DNA from: Vicugna vicugna
Lineage: Eukaryota
Direction: 5' to 3'
NCBI GenBank assembly: GCA_013265495.1
Contig: MU058418.1
Span: 1,576,917-1,640,916 of the forward strand
Length of the DNA: 64,000 nt
Below, one piece after another: positions 1 through 13,600 of the stretch; position 1 is the first letter of the stretch, and each line of letters opens with the position of its first letter. The notes below the pieces were generated by a model. The model was not told the DNA's origin and ran no database searches. It saw only the letters and a list, made by a program, of their open reading frames with translations. The translations under genes and the position numbers were made by a program.

Positions 1-2139
1 TTTTCCTACCATATTAAGGATTTGCAGAGAAATGCTCACTGTATGAACCATGTGAATTCTTACGCTGGCGTTTTCCTAAAGAAGCCTGGAATGACTGGGA
101 ACCGGGGTGGGGATCGAGCAGCTGTTTTTCAGTCCCAGCCAGTAGTGATGCTAAGATAGGCGGAAGGTCTTGAACTGGACAGCGTCAGTCAGAGATATTT
201 TTCGGCGACTTTCCATTGGGTCATTGTGGACAGCTGCCCAGTTCAAATCTACTTAACTAGATTGAATTCCACGGGCCATTTTAAGACCAAGTGCTTATTG
301 CCCTCACTTTAGATTTTGGGTCCAACTTTGGCATGTACACATGCAGCATGCTTAAAACTAACTTTTCCCCGAACTGGCTGCTTGGCAGCTGGTTAGTTTA
401 GCTGAAATGACCTTATCTGCTGACACAGAGTGTCGCACTCACTGAATTTATAGTAGTCAGTCTAGTAGTCCTTGTAATGTCGCTTTGCATTCAGAACATT
501 TTTTTAAATTAAAGGAAAAATGAAATATCTCCTTAAGTGGAAGGGAACAACTTCAAACTGGGACTTTGGGAGTTGAGCACAAAACATCAAACTGGCCATT
601 GCAACAAATCTTTTCCAGTTGGTGAGTAAGAATAGGCTGCGGACCTCAGAGCTTAAACATAAAAGGCAGCAGGAGAACTTGTGTTTCTTTCAGCACTGAA
701 GTGAAAAGGAAACATTTATCTTGCTGCACCCATCCTTACAGTAATTAAAGTTGACTAGGAAAAACCAGACAAGAGCTGTTTTCTTTTCTTTTCTTTTTCA
801 CAAGCTTTCAGATGTTGTGGAATAATCTGGCAAGCCAAGGTTCATTATGTCGCCCTCAGTCTGGGACAGCAAAGGCATTTTCAGTTACATATTTTATCCT
901 CCAAACAGCAGAGAAAAAATCAATTAGGGACTGAAGGCAGTTCTTCCTGACTGTCCAGAATTAGGAGGCACTGGCGGCAGCACTAATTGTTTTCATCTGG
1001 CTTTGTTAGGCTGGCTTTTGCATCATGCAATGATTGTGACTGAGTTGGGTTTGCAAAACACCCTGGCAAGTTTAACTCCAAGTAACATTTTTGCATTATG
1101 AATCTTTACCTCTTTTAATCACTGGATGGGATTTTGTCGAAGTGGTGTCCCAAAAAAGTTTTTTTAGGATTAAGACAAGCCAGAAAATGGAAACTATTAG
1201 CAATTCTTCCATTAATTACACTTGTGAATCAATCTGGGATACTTGGTAGTTGTTTCTGGTAAACATTCAAATGAGTAATTCCAAGAAATGATCTTTGCTC
1301 TGCAGTGGAGTGTTCCCAGTTTTGATGCTAAAGTCTTGCCATCAATTAACACGTTTTCAGCTTTAGACCATAAAGTGGAAAATGAAGACCCTTGTCAGTG
1401 AACTGGGCTGGCTGGAGGGAGGGAATGGGTTGCATAACTAGAACAGGGAGAGGCAGGAGATGACAGTGGTTGAGGGCCGAGAAGAAGCGTGAGCAGCCGT
1501 GTAAATGGGACACAGGAGGCAAGGTCATGCTCTCTACACAGGGTCAGTGCCTTCTGCTCTCACCTGGGAGCTGCCACCTCCCACCAGTGCTTCTTGGCCT
1601 CGGGGAAGAAAGGAGTGATTTAATTCAGTGAAACCACTTTGATTTCAAGGAAGCCCTTAATTTAGAATACGGATAACTCAAACTTGGGATGGACTAGAGT
1701 TTAACTTTAAGTTGGTTGTTGTGATGGGAAAAGGACTTGCTAAGCAAAATGTCCTTGCAAACAAGGTCTTAGGGGACTGTTTAACTTTCCAGAGGAGAAC
1801 GTGCTCTGCAGTACTTGCTGAACTGTCACCTTCTCACTGTGTGCAGACTACAACAGCCTGTGTGTCCACACAAGGGTTCATTCATTGTTTGGCAGACCTG
1901 CTCCTTAGCAACACCCCATTTTCTCTTCCTTTGTGTTGCCATATGTTTTGAAAATAGCTTCCATTAAAATATGTATGTGTGCATATCTCCATCCACCATC
2001 CATCCAGTGGTGCCATCTGATGGACCCCTTTATATACCTACTTTAAAACCTTTTAAGGCTTTCTGTGTAAATATTGTTCAAAGTCATGGTTTGGAAATGT
2101 GATTTTTAGGGCTTTAGGAGGAAAGCCCAAGAGCAGTCC

Positions 2140-2330
2140 ATTGTGGAAAGTTGAGGAGAACTCTGTGTTGGGGCCAGAATCCATGGATTTAGGATTGGTT
2201 CCCTCTTAACCACAAAATTCCACTGTATGTTCTTTGACAAGTCTCTTAACACTTCCAGGGGCTCTGTTTTCTAATCTGTAAAATGGAAAGAACTGGACTC
2301 TGTGTACAGATTGACTGTAGGCTGTGGAAT
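2140..2330 (+). mobile_element. MIR-family SINE relic
   Basis: Core similarity: gacaagtctcttaac...ctctgttttctaatctgtaaaatgg. Confidence 0.6.
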
Positions 2331-2689
2331 GATTAAAAAGGCTTGAAAGCCTTATTTGTAAACTACCAAGTCCTGTTAGTATTGTTGGAATCAAAAGTGA
2401 GCAAAGAGGGCTTCTGGTTAAAGATGGCAAAGCAAAGGCATTCTGCAGAAACCCAGTGAAAGCAACAAAAAATGAAAAATAGAAATAAATGTCATCAATG
2501 AAACAGAAAAATGGTTCCAACCCCAAACTACAAAATACAAAGGAACCTTTACACTGCAGTGTAGGATTGAGTTTTTCTTCTACCTAGCATACTTCCTTCT
2601 GGAGAGTGAGCTGTCTTACATAGTATAATAAATTCTGCTCAGTCTGTGTTGAAAGGAGGGCTGGCCCTGTCTTCCCTATGCCTCTTCCC

Positions 2690-3200
2690 AGGGGTGCTTA
2701 TGTTTCCCAGAGCTGGCTAATCAGTTATACAACCCACCAGCCATAGCAGTTGGTTCAGAGGTAGGTACATGATCCAAGCCAGGCCAACTGAATTCTCCCC
2801 AGGACTTTTGCCAAAGCCTTTGGGGAAAGTGCTCTTTCTCCAAGTGCACAAGCTGTAAAGATAATATTGTCTTGGAGTGAAGAGTGGCCATTTCATTGCC
2901 TTGTGGAAGGTGACTTTGAGAGGAAAGTGATGTATAAACGGACCAAGTCAAGGAATGGAGATGGTGACTGAATTCAAGGGTGGTATATAGGCCCCTAGAT
3001 CCAGCTGTGCCTGAGGCCACCGCATCCACACTGCAGATGGGCTGTTTTATGAACCAACGTGTTCCTTTTTCTTTCTCTCTCTCGTTCATCTTCCTTCCTT
3101 CCTCTTTCTTTTCCTTCTTACCTTTCTTTCTTCTTTCCTTTATTATTTTGATAGGGACAGATGATGGTACTTTAGATTAGGTTTTTATCACTTGGACTAT
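2690..3200 (+). mobile_element. ERVL-type solo LTR (LTR16-like), interrupted by a CT-rich tract
   Basis: ttggttcagaggtaggtacatgatccaagccaggccaact, gatccagctgtgcctgaggcca and ggtttttatcacttg resemble the LTR16 consensus. Confidence 0.55.
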
Positions 3201-3599
3201 TGTAACCAAAAGAGTCCAGTTAACCTGCCAGACTCTGTGAAATATAGATGAAGATGGGGTAATTTGAGAGCAGACATTTACCTCCTCAGACTTGAAGAAG
3301 AAACAGATTTCACAGACAGTGAGTCTCTCAGTTCAGGAAGGCGTATCCAATATTCTTTAATTAAAGAAACACAATGTAAGGATGTGGGTAGGCCACAGGA
3401 GAAGTGGGGAAGCCACAGTAGAGACTCCGTTCCAGATCCAGGGTGTGAAGCAGCTGAGGGAAATGGAGCTGAGGATGACATGCTCTCCCTGTTTTCTGTG
3501 AGCCAGATAGTTTGTGTTTGTGTGCGTGTGTGTATCTAGAGGAGAGAGTTCCAAAGATTGGAACCCAAGGAGCCTGGCTTATAAGGGGGCTTTTCTGTG

Positions 3600-5550
3600 C
3601 ATCACAAAACCTGCTACATAAAAACCAAGGAAACACACACTGCAGGTCAAGAAAATAACAGACCTGGAAGATAGATGTTCAAGAAAACTGAAGTTGAAGC
3701 TGTAGGGCTCCCCAGTTCTCTCCCTTCAGGGACCCTTTTCATTCAACAAATACATGGCTCTGTTTAAAGATAAATAATATTCAGATAAGAGTTAACATGG
3801 GACTCATGCATGGCTTTGTGAAGAACATGACAAAGACCAATGACGGAAATGGATCACAAAAGGACGCACCCTCCAAGAACAGGGGAAGAGTTAAAACAGT
3901 TGTCCATAGTGTCAGAGAAATTACAGATAATGTTATTACCTTTTTAAAAAAGGAAAAAAGAGCTCTTCTTTGGGTTATAGGAATTCAAATTAGAGAATTT
4001 AAGCCCACATGAAGTGAAAATATGCTCACAAGTCTCAAAAAAGAGATGAAAGAAATGAAAGAAAAATGTATAAACATGGAGAGGAAAGACACATTAGAAA
4101 TAAGAAGTGAGAATAAAAGAACAGCTGGAAATGCAATCAGACATGGTAGACAAGCTGGAGGAAATAATAATAAAGGAATGAATAAGAAAATGGGAAAATG
4201 ATTAGAGACAATAAGACAGATATGGGAGGCATGATACTTGTATTCTCGAAAGAGGGAATCATCCTTTTCCTCCTCATCCTCCTCTTCCTTCTGGTACTAC
4301 CTTTACTTTGACTAAGTGCCAGGTACTCTTCCAAGTGATTTACATATATCAACTCACTTGGTATTTACAACAACCCACAGAGGATGGAAGAGAGAAAAAC
4401 AAGAAAAATTTTGATACAATGGAAGACAACTTTCTGATATAAAGATTTGAATCTGAAGCCCAAATGAATACATCATGTTGCAACAAAATTTACTATGGAC
4501 TAATCCACACCAAGACATTCCCAACAGTGCTCAGCACTGGAACACTGCCCAGTACATAGCATACACTCTGTTAGTAATTGTTAATTGCGTGGGTAAATGG
4601 AAGAAGGTGCCCTATGGCCATCAGGCTGAACAAGCAAGTCACATAAAAGAAGAAAAAAAGCAGGCTGCCTCTGGTTTATTAGAGCTTCCCTTGGTGCCAG
4701 AAGATAGTGCCAGATGAAGTCCTAAGTATAAGAAGGATAACCCAAGAATTGTATTGCCAGACAAGTTGTCCTTCAGTAAAAAGGCAACAGAGAGACATTT
4801 TCAAATGTGGATGGACTTGGGGACTATCATGCTCATGCACTTTCTAGAAAATTCTTTGACAACAAAATGATGAGTCAGAATTCAGAACTAAGAAATGAAG
4901 AAGCTATGGTAAAAGCATTCCTGGTGAGTATTGGCTCATACTGAATTAAAACTGAACAGCTCTGAAAATGATGCTTATGGAACAGAAACCTTGACAATGT
5001 AATATTAACATAAATAACCAAAACTGGTACTTGGGAGGAAGTATGAGTGACTTAATTTGCTTCACTTTATAATACAGAGTGGGTTTGTCAGTAGCTACAG
5101 TCTGAAATTGAAATACATCATTTAAAAAAAGAATGATTTCAGCATCCTAATGTTTTCCTTTATTTTTTTCCTTAACTTTAGAGGGATCTTTTAGAAACTA
5201 ATATCTCTTGTGAAGACCCATTCATCTGAAGTTCTACAGTTTCTTCAGTTTCACCTCCGTTTCCATCTCCCTGTTATATTCAAGTAAAATTTATACTCCA
5301 TACTTTTCAATTACAATGACTCGTGTGGTATGACCCCATTTATATGTATCCTTTACCGCCCCTTCCCTCCAAGTCACACTTCTGTTCTTTCATTCTTTTA
5401 TCTTTTCATCTGAATATAAGAAAAATATGTCTGGAATGATGTCTGCCACATATTAACGATGTTTATTGTTGGGTAGAGGGATCCTAGGTGATTTTTAAAA
5501 TCTTCTTTGTATTTCTTATATTGCCTGGCCTTAAAAAATAATAAATACAT
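3600..5550 (+). mobile_element. Ancient HAL1/L1 ORF1-like element with small MIR (~4280-4390) and L2 (~4525-4580) insertions
   Basis: A-rich sense strand; ccaagaattgtattgccagacaagttgtccttc resembles the ORF1 C-terminal PRILYPAKLSF motif; old-L1-type 3' end at ~5420-5545 with aataaa; no ORF2 between them. Confidence 0.5.
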
Positions 5551-5799
5551 CATTTTTTTTCAGAAATAATGAAGTCATTCTTCTTTTAAGAAATTAAGGG
5601 TAACGTGGCTGCGAAACTGTGCACGTTTACAAACAACAGGCATTGACCAGCATGATTTTGTAGAATCTCACCTTATTCAACAGTTTCTGTTTGATAAGCA
5701 TTTCTTGATAAGCAAAACACCGTGCTAGCGGGATTAGGAGATACAGAAATGGACCTTGACCTACAGAAATGGAACCTTACCAATCTGTCAGGCTCTGCA

Positions 5800-5958
5800 T
5801 TCGTGCAAGGGTGGTCCCTGGACCAGCAGCATTGGCACCACCTGGGAACTTGTTAGAAATGCAGAATCTTAGGCCCCTCCCCAGACCTGCTGAATTAGAA
5901 TTGGCAGTTTTATAAAGTATCTAAGTGATCTGAATGCACACATGTTTTAGAAGCACTG
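5800..5958 (+). mobile_element. MER5A-type hAT-Charlie DNA transposon
   Basis: gtggtccctggaccagcagcattggcaccacctgggaacttgttagaaatgcagaatct...ccccagacctgctgaattagaa closely follows MER5A. Confidence 0.85.
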
Positions 5959-6281
5959 TTCAATGATCACCTCTTATTCTGGAGGAATGAAAGGAGAACT
6001 GCTTTATCTGCATATGTGAGAAAAGACAAGAATTGACCAACACAGTGATCTGACCACCAAAACCGCTCATGCAGTTTTAGGCTCCATTATTTAGAGTCTC
6101 TCTTTGCTCCTTGGGTCGTACCTTTAGCCCAGTGCTGGCTTCCAGACTTTTAAAAGGATCCAGACAAACTGACACCGTCTCCAAGTATCTGAACAGGCTG
6201 GCGAAGAGATTTCAAACCCTGTCATATAAGGAAGCGTTGAAGGGACTGGAGTTTATTAATGACGTCAATGATGACAGCTTC

Positions 6282-6475
6282 AATAATAGTGAAGACTTAC
6301 TGAGTACTTACTACGTGCCTGGAACTGTGCTAAACAATTCCACATTAGAGCATTTCATCTTCACAACAGCCTTTATTTACCACCCCTCATATGTAGATGA
6401 GGAAACCAAAGCTTAGGTAAAAAATTTACCTGAGATCACACAACTAGCAAGTGGTAGAACCAAAGAATTTAAACC
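6282..6475 (-). mobile_element. MIR SINE
   Basis: ttactgagtacttactacgtgcctgg...gatgaggaaaccaaagcttagg...cacacaactagcaagtggtagaacc. Confidence 0.8.
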
Positions 6476-6829
6476 ATAGGAGATGAGTTTAAATATTTGA
6501 AGGGTTGGCAGAAGGAAGAAGGATAAAGATTTATTTTATTAGTAGAACCAAGATCAATGGGTAGAAGTTACTGGGAGACAGTTCTCCATTGAGTAGAAGG
6601 CCATCTAGTCTTCTTTAGCAAAGAGGGGGTTTTCTTTTCTGGTTGCCTCTCTCCCCACTTCACTCTTTCTGTGGGACTTGAGCTGTGCTGCTTCAGAACT
6701 GGCCGGATTGGACAGTTCTTCCTCGTCCTCATCTTCTTGGGCCTGTTAATCATTCTTACCTATGCAACCTGCTGGACCTTGTGAGAGCATATTTTCTCTC
6801 TCTTCTTCCTTTGGACTCCTCTTCCCCTT

Positions 6830-7760
6830 TCTGTCCTTTACCCATAACTATCTGACAAGGCCATGTCCTGAGATTCTAGTCTTCAAGCCACTCTTCTGAT
6901 GACTCTGGTCCCAGTGTACTGCTTTGACCTCCTTTCCTGATTTCCACATCTCCTTTGCCAACACTTTATTTTTTATTAGAAACTCGACATGGCAAAACCC
7001 AGACTTGCTTTACCTTTCAAACTGTTCTATTCTCTAACCTCTCATTTCTGTTATGGTAGCTCTGCTGTCCTGTTCCTCCAAGGCAGCCTTCTCTTTCTTC
7101 TGCCTGAAATCAACCACCAAATCCTATCAATTTTCATGTATAGGAGCTCCTGAATTTGTTCCTTCTCCTCCAGTCCCACTGTCACCCTCAAAAAATTAGT
7201 CCTTGTTACCTCCCTCCAGGTCTCCTAAATACTCTTATCATCACATAGCTCCAAATCTCATCATTTCTTTGTATAAGAACCTAGGACAGTTCCTTATTGC
7301 CCATCAGACTGGGTCCATTGATTCAGCCCAAAGTTTCAGGCAGCTGTTCCCAATACCTCCCAGCAGAAACCTATTCCTAACTTGCTGGCCCTGTGCAATT
7401 ACCCCCTGCCCTGAGCACCCCCACTGCTCATGCCCCTCTTTACCCTCACTCATGCTACTCTGCTCCTGAGAGTAGTGTTGTCATGTGCTAGTTCAGCTTT
7501 TGTTCTTTTAAGGCCCACCTTGTGGTCTACTTCTCCCTCTCAGTAATCACTTCCTTCTCAGCATCTCTCTGTTCCTTGTAACCTGTTGAATTTCACATTC
7601 AAGTACTTGATTAGAGACTCCATTGGAATTTTCCATTAAAAAAAAGTTACTTAGTTTCTCAAAGTAGATCTGCAACTTCTGGGTAACACCTTGTATGTTC
7701 TCTCTCACAGTGACACTCAGCCCTGGGCTGCTCAAGGCAGGTGCTCCTAGACTTGTAACA
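6830..7760 (+). mobile_element. L2 LINE relic
   Basis: Pyrimidine-rich L2-like motifs (aaactcgacatggcaaaac, ccaaatcctatcaatttt, terminal ccctgggctgctcaaggcaggtgctc). Confidence 0.55.
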
Positions 7761-7824
7761 AAAGAAAAAAATATCGACAATTTATTAAGTTCTTCAAATG
7801 TACCAGTCACTCTACTCAGAAGAG

Positions 7825-7967
7825 ATATTGCTTTCATTTTAAGAAAAGGAAACTGAGGCCAAGAGTTAAGTAACTTGCTCAAGGCCATGTGGCTGATAAG
7901 AGTTGGACCCAGGACTTGAACCCAAGTAGTTTGGGTCCAGACCCTGCACACTCAACCACTGTACCAT
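7825..7967 (-). mobile_element. MIR SINE
   Basis: aggaaactgaggccaagagttaagtaacttgctcaaggcca...ggacttgaacccaag. Confidence 0.85.
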
Positions 7968-9209
7968 GATGGTCACATGGAGGGTTAGTGAATACCAATC
8001 CTGTGCTCTTCTTTGAGAACCAGTAGGACCCAACACTGTCAAGATTTGATATATGATAAGAAGGACCCTTCTTCCCCCTCCCCCACCCCACCTCACCCAG
8101 AATGGACATACACAAATGTGGTGTTTAGAGAGGCAGCCTCATCACAGCCCTGTCCTCAGGGAGGGAGGGTGGGTCAGGGACTTGAAAAAGCCATTGGATG
8201 CAAACTCTCCTGCTTGATTTCAGTAGCTGTTTAGGACAATAGTGATAAGAAGGGCTTGCCTTTATGAACCTCCATCTCTTCTGTTATTTCTAGGTGTGGT
8301 AAGTTGGGGAACTTCCTTGGCCTCGCACCCTACCATACTTTTGGTATTTTGTCTTTTCATGGAGGTTGATCTCCTTTATTTCCATCTTCTTTGAGATGTG
8401 CTCCATTTGCCTCTCTGCTCCCAGGGTATTGACAGAGAGGATCCCACCCCCATTTCCTTCCTTGATTGACCAGGATATCTCGCTACCAGATCTGTGTTGT
8501 CACTGTGTATAAAAATAAAGCAATTATTTCAGAGTGTTAAATATTAAGACCCTTTTTTGAAGATTAACTCAATCTTTTCTCTATTGTACGATAAAAGAAA
8601 GTGTTAAATCAAGTTTTTTTTTTTTAAAGAAAGTTTACAGAAAAAGTGATATTTGGAGAAACTAATCCTTGGGGCAGTAGTAAAGGCCAACGGCCAAGAC
8701 GCTGAACTGAATATTCAATGGAGATCTCACTACACAGGAAGCAGGAGCAATGGACAGACATATGGATGCTCATGGGTGGCCCTGGCCATGTGTGTGCTTT
8801 CTTTATGATTTTTGTGGCAAATACTATATTTGATGGCAAAAATGAAGTTTTGTTGTAAAACTTACATTGTTATTTTCTTGGTGTTTTTTTTTTAACCTTG
8901 GAGTTTTGTATATATATTTCAAAGTCAGTAATTTTAAGTATCAGCTCTAGCTAAGGAGAAGTTATGTCCTTCATAGACCATCATTACACTGTATATAAAC
9001 TTAAAAATACCAAAACCCAAAACAAACCCAGGCACATAATCCTTCTGTTGGCCAGCCACTACATCTTCATTTGGAACACAAAATATTTGCCATCTTGGGA
9101 CTGCCTGAATTTATCTTCCTTTTTTTTTTTTTTAACACTTAAAGTGCTTCTTTAAAAAAACATTTTTTAGAGAATATCAGTTTAATTAATTTTGAAATGG
9201 AGACAAGAG

Positions 9210-9390
9210 ACATAGTGAATTGATGGAAAGAGCGGGGAACTGGAAATTATGAGACCTGAGTTCCAAATCTGACCCCACTGTGTGATCCTGGGCACATCTG
9301 CCCAATTAGGGAACAGTTTTCTTGTCTGCAGCGTGAGTGAGAGGGCTCTCCAGCTCCTAAACACTACGCTTTTGTGATTCAAGCATACCA
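9210..9390 (+). mobile_element. MIR SINE
   Basis: gagacctgagttccaaatctgaccccactgtgtgatcctgggca...cagttttcttgtctg. Confidence 0.65.
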
Positions 9391-9724
9391 GAGTTCTTTC
9401 TTTTTGTAACAGTGACCTCTTGTGGTATGGATCCTTCTTCCTTTTTTTGATTTGCAAAGTAAACTTTGGATTTATTTTGTCGTCATTGTTATTTCTAGTA
9501 AGTACATTTCATATTGTTAAGTGAATCCGACTTGTTTTTAGCAGATAAATCTTAGCTGGAAATCAGAGGTTGATTAAAATGTGATATAGAGCACCAAACT
9601 CCATTTCATACACAATTCCCTGCAGTTTCTTCCGAAGTTGTATTTAGCTGACTCTTGACACTTAAAAAAAGAGAAATGCTTTGGTGTTTGTGCTGAATGT
9701 TGTGTATATTCCTCTTCCTCCCAG

Positions 9725-9801
9725 GGACCAGGGGAAGAGGTGTTCGAGGGCCTCCTCATGCCCTAGCAGCTCAGACCAGAGCAGGCTGGACACCAAAGCA
9801 G
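9725..9801 (+). CDS. ARMC2: ARMC2 internal coding exon (77 bp, probably exon 6): (x)DQGKRCSRASSCPSSSDQSRLDTKA
   Basis: Acceptor ttcctcttcctcccag, donor CAG|gtgagg; peptide matches the recalled human ARMC2 segment DQGKRHARASSCPSSSDLSRLQTKA; phase joins the next exon. Confidence 0.9.
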
Positions 9802-10269
9802 GTGAGGTGTCCGTGTTCTGAGAGGTCCCCCAACACTCCTTCATCTTATCCTCAGCATCTCCATCTGTAGGAAAATCTTTTGCACAAAAGATGTCTGATG
9901 TTGGCTCACTGTTTGGAAATTCTAGGAACTTTGTCCAACTTACACATCAACTTTTGTTTTTATAAATTTTTATTATTTTGACAGCAGTCTTAGCACTTTT
10001 ACCTTTAGCCTGGCTCTAGTGCCTCAAACATCTAAAATTACAATCTTAATGACTGCGCAGACATTATTTTGTAAAGGCATTCAGAAGGTTGCAAAAAGTA
10101 GTTCTGAAGTTCAAAACTTGAGTCAATACCGTGGCTCACTTAAAGGAAACTGTATTAACTATGTGAAGCCAGCCCTCTGTGGCTTTAAACTGTTTGAGAA
10201 AATATAAATCACAGACTAGAAATGCTGCCAAATGTGTTCGTGCAATGGAATGTTGCAGTTAGAAAAGTG

Positions 10270-10640
10270 AACTTGAGTACATTTATAGTATTGAATGAAA
10301 TGAGTACAAACATAACATTACATGAAAAAAATTAAGTTTGAAAAACAATGGCATGTGGTGTTTATGGATACAATTCTCTGTGGTAGACGTGTAAAGTGAA
10401 GCATGTAAAAGAGAAAGAACCACTCGATTTAGAGAGATGGTAACCTTCGGGGAGGGGAACACAGAGGGCACTAACTATGTAACGTTGATCTCTTTGAAAT
10501 AAGGAGGAGCATGAAAATACAGTTAATATTTGCTTAAACTATTTGTGGGTACACAGGTGTTTCTTATATTCTCTGTGTATATATACTATATATATATATA
10601 TATATATAGGTGTGCATGAAATTTTATGAGACCAAACTAA
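10270..10640 (+). mobile_element. Old L1 (L1MC-like) 3' end with (TA)n at ~10578-10608
   Basis: gatggtaaccttcggggagggg...tgggtacacaggtgtttcttatattctctg. Confidence 0.5.
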
Positions 10641-11723
10641 TAGTTCAGAAATATATTTAATGATCGTCAAAACTAATTTCTTGTTAATAAAATGACTTTT
10701 GCGACCAACAGGAATTTCTGTCGTACTCAGGAAAATCTTAGACTGATTTCTGCATCAGCGCTGTTGCTAAGTGTTTTACATGTACGTGCTAAAAACAGCA
10801 GCCAATAAACATCGTGTCAAGTTTTTGTGTCCAAAATTCAAAGCTGCGGTTAAGAACTATAACCACTGAGACAGCAGAATCTTCAAAAACATGCTGAAAT
10901 TTCTGCCTGACTTACCCAATTTCCTGTTGAATCATAATTTTTATATTTAGCAAACTGTGAACCTAGACGAAAGTGCTTTCTAAAATATTAGACTGTTGCC
11001 CAAGACTGAGGCAAACTTTATCATTTGTGCAGCTTAAGAAGTAATCACGTGATTCTAGGCTTTGGTTTCCAGAGTAGAAGCCGGATTAGGGTATGAAGTG
11101 GGATTTTTGCAGAGAGCAGAGTTGGAGGATACACAGCTGTTCCTGGGAGAGGGTTAAAAGCAAACCCTTACACCACAGTGTCCGGCTAACTTCTGTTCTG
11201 AGAAGAAACAAGTCTTAGAAACATTCAGAAGGGCCTGCGAGGGCCTTTCCGTTCCAAAGGCTAAATAAACTGCTCTGTGATTTTTAACTCACCCTGTAAT
11301 TCAGCAATTCCTGGGGTGAACGTGTTATCTGTTTCGTTTGTCCTGAGAAACAGTTTGATAATTGTGGTTTCTCATAGAGCTGTTCTACTAAAGAGTGTGC
11401 TGCATGGAAGTTAAAAATACTGATTTGAAGCTTTTAGGCTGGAAGTCAGTATTTCTAATCAACTTAAGTGTGTCATAAATATTTGTCGGTTAAATTATTT
11501 GCCTGGCTTATTATTGCCTGGGCTTTTCCCTTGCCTCGATATAGGTTGATTTTATTCACTTACTTTGGATTTTGAATGTGTCCGTTACCTGGGAATATAA
11601 CCAACCATGTTTTCTGTACTGTACTGTACTGTTTGAATACTCATGTTTACTTTTTGAATTCTTATCTGTAATTTATCCATGTTAGGGAAGACTTGTAAAA
11701 GTAATGATCCAAAAGATGGTTTA

Positions 11724-12003
11724 CAGCCCTTAGTCTACAGTTCTGAAATCCCAGAAGCTCTGAAAGCTGAATTTTTATTCAAACTCATTTAGTGGCCATG
11801 CTTGACCAGGACCTGATGGGATACCAACAATAGTCCTTGTTTCATTAGTGTGAATATCCAGCAGGGTGCTGCCCCAGAAAACCCCACTGGTGGTGCTGTG
11901 TAATATGCAATGTAGGCACCATCCTGCCTTACTCAAATTCAGGTTTTTCTCAGTCCCCAACCACATCTGGCCCCAAAGACTTGGGTAAGGGATTGTGAAA
12001 CTG
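11724..12003. mobile_element. Tigger-family (TcMar) non-autonomous DNA transposon
   Basis: Ends taagggattgtgaaactg|ta (TA target site); internal gggtgctgccccaga and cacatctggccccaa typical of old Tigger MITEs; subfamily uncertain. Confidence 0.55.
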
Positions 12004-12489
12004 TACTGCTATGGACTGATTTTGTCCTAAAGACAGTTCAACTGTGTGTTATGGTGAAGTCTTGTTTATGGGTCCAAAAGACTGTGTGTGACCTCACTAT
12101 AAAATTATTGACAGCACCTGCACTGTTTAATGACAGCTTTGCTGACATCCTTTCCATCTGCTTTTGCTGCTCAAGTGCTCTTCATGCCCAGTGTGTGTCG
12201 TTCCCTCTTGGTATTAGGAAGTTTTGATAAAAGGCAGACCTGGACTCACCATACCTTGGGGTGGTGGTCTCCAACACGGAGCACGTCAGGGGAAGGCCTG
12301 TGCACTGGGTGGGGTGGCTTTCCTGCTTCTCCTGGGTGGCGTCATTACCGCACACTTGGAAAATTTAGTATGTGTTGTATATATATATATTTTTTATCTT
12401 TAAGAATAATACAACTGCATGAGAAGTCTTGGAAAATATAAGAGCACATAAAAGAAATTAATATCCCATAATCCCAATAGTCTGGTGAT

Positions 12490-12610
12490 GATCACTGTTA
12501 CCCCATTTTACAGAGGAAAAGTGAAGCAGCTTCCTCAAAGTCAGCTAGTAGGTGACAGAGCTAGGACTCAAACCCAGACAGTGACTTCAGAACTGGTGCT
12601 CTTAACAGGT
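12490..12610 (-). mobile_element. MIR SINE
   Basis: ccccattttacagaggaaaagtgaag...cagctagtaggtgacagagctaggactcaaaccca. Confidence 0.8.
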
Positions 12611-13059
12611 CTTCCTGGTCAGCTTGTCTTGGTTTTTTGTCAAAATAACTTAAAAATATACAGGCCACACACCCTCTCTCTACTCTCTCTGTCTCTGTGG
12701 AACCCTCTGATTGTCCCTATGATTTTTTCTAACTCTCCACATGACATTTTTAGGGTCCTGGCACCCTCTGTGTGGGTACTTAATTGGTACCAGGTCCGCT
12801 GTGTGCAGGCACAGACTCCCTGAATCAGTAAAGGCGGGGTACTGAGTGGGGGCTTTAAAGGGTGGACTTCAGAGAAGGAAGGCCGAGGGTTCCATCTCTA
12901 GCTCTGCTCCCAAGTGCCCCCGCACGTCAGTGCCCCCTCCAGCTGTACTGTTTTAGATCTGGAGATCTTGCCTGTGTGAAACATGATCATGATTTGCAGT
13001 TTCTAATATGAGTTACATTTCTCCCCAGAGTTACCTTTTAGTTTGCCAGTTAGCTGCAG

Positions 13060-13600
13060 GGCAGAATAGCGTAGAGGTCAGGTGCAAGGGCTGTGGACCT
13101 CTATGACCTTGGGTAGGTCACAGTACCCTGGAGTCCCACTTTCTTCATCTAGAAAACGGGGACAACTTGGGGACCTCCTGTAGTGTTGTGACAGAAATTA
13201 AACACAGGTCTGCTGGCTCTGAAGTACGCAGGCTGTGGGAGCTATTACTCTTCTCCAGCCTGTGTTCCCAGGCAGCATCTCCTCTCCCCAATCCAGTGAA
13301 ATCTTACAGCCCAATACACATCAAACAGTAGTGCCCTGTTTGTTGGTTTTTCAATCAGGGAAGTGAAATTCATATTTATGGGGTGTCACTAGACGCTAGG
13401 CACTGGGCTCAGAGCTTTGCCTATATCATGTCTTTTAATTCTCATAACCCTGAAGGCAAATATATTAATCTCTGTTTTGCTGATGAGGCTCAGAAAGGAT
13501 AAGAAACCAGACCCCCGTCACCCAGTGCGTCAATAATGGAGTTGGGATTTGAATTGAGATCTGTCAGCACCCAGAGCTCAGTCTTTTCCCACAGCCCCAC
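13060..13600. mobile_element. Two MIR relics (~13060-13230 on +, ~13370-13600 on -)
   Basis: gaccttgggtaggtcac...tttcttcatctagaaaacgggg; ctgatgaggctcagaaagg...ggagttgggatttgaa. Confidence 0.65.

Noticed and set aside
8625..8895. T-tract-bounded segment as a processed pseudogene
   Set aside because: No recognisable protein in the frames examined and no clear TSD.
12928..12945. CTCF-like motif (gctggagggggcactg on the - strand)
   Set aside because: Only the 3' half fits the consensus; too weak without ChIP or conservation data.
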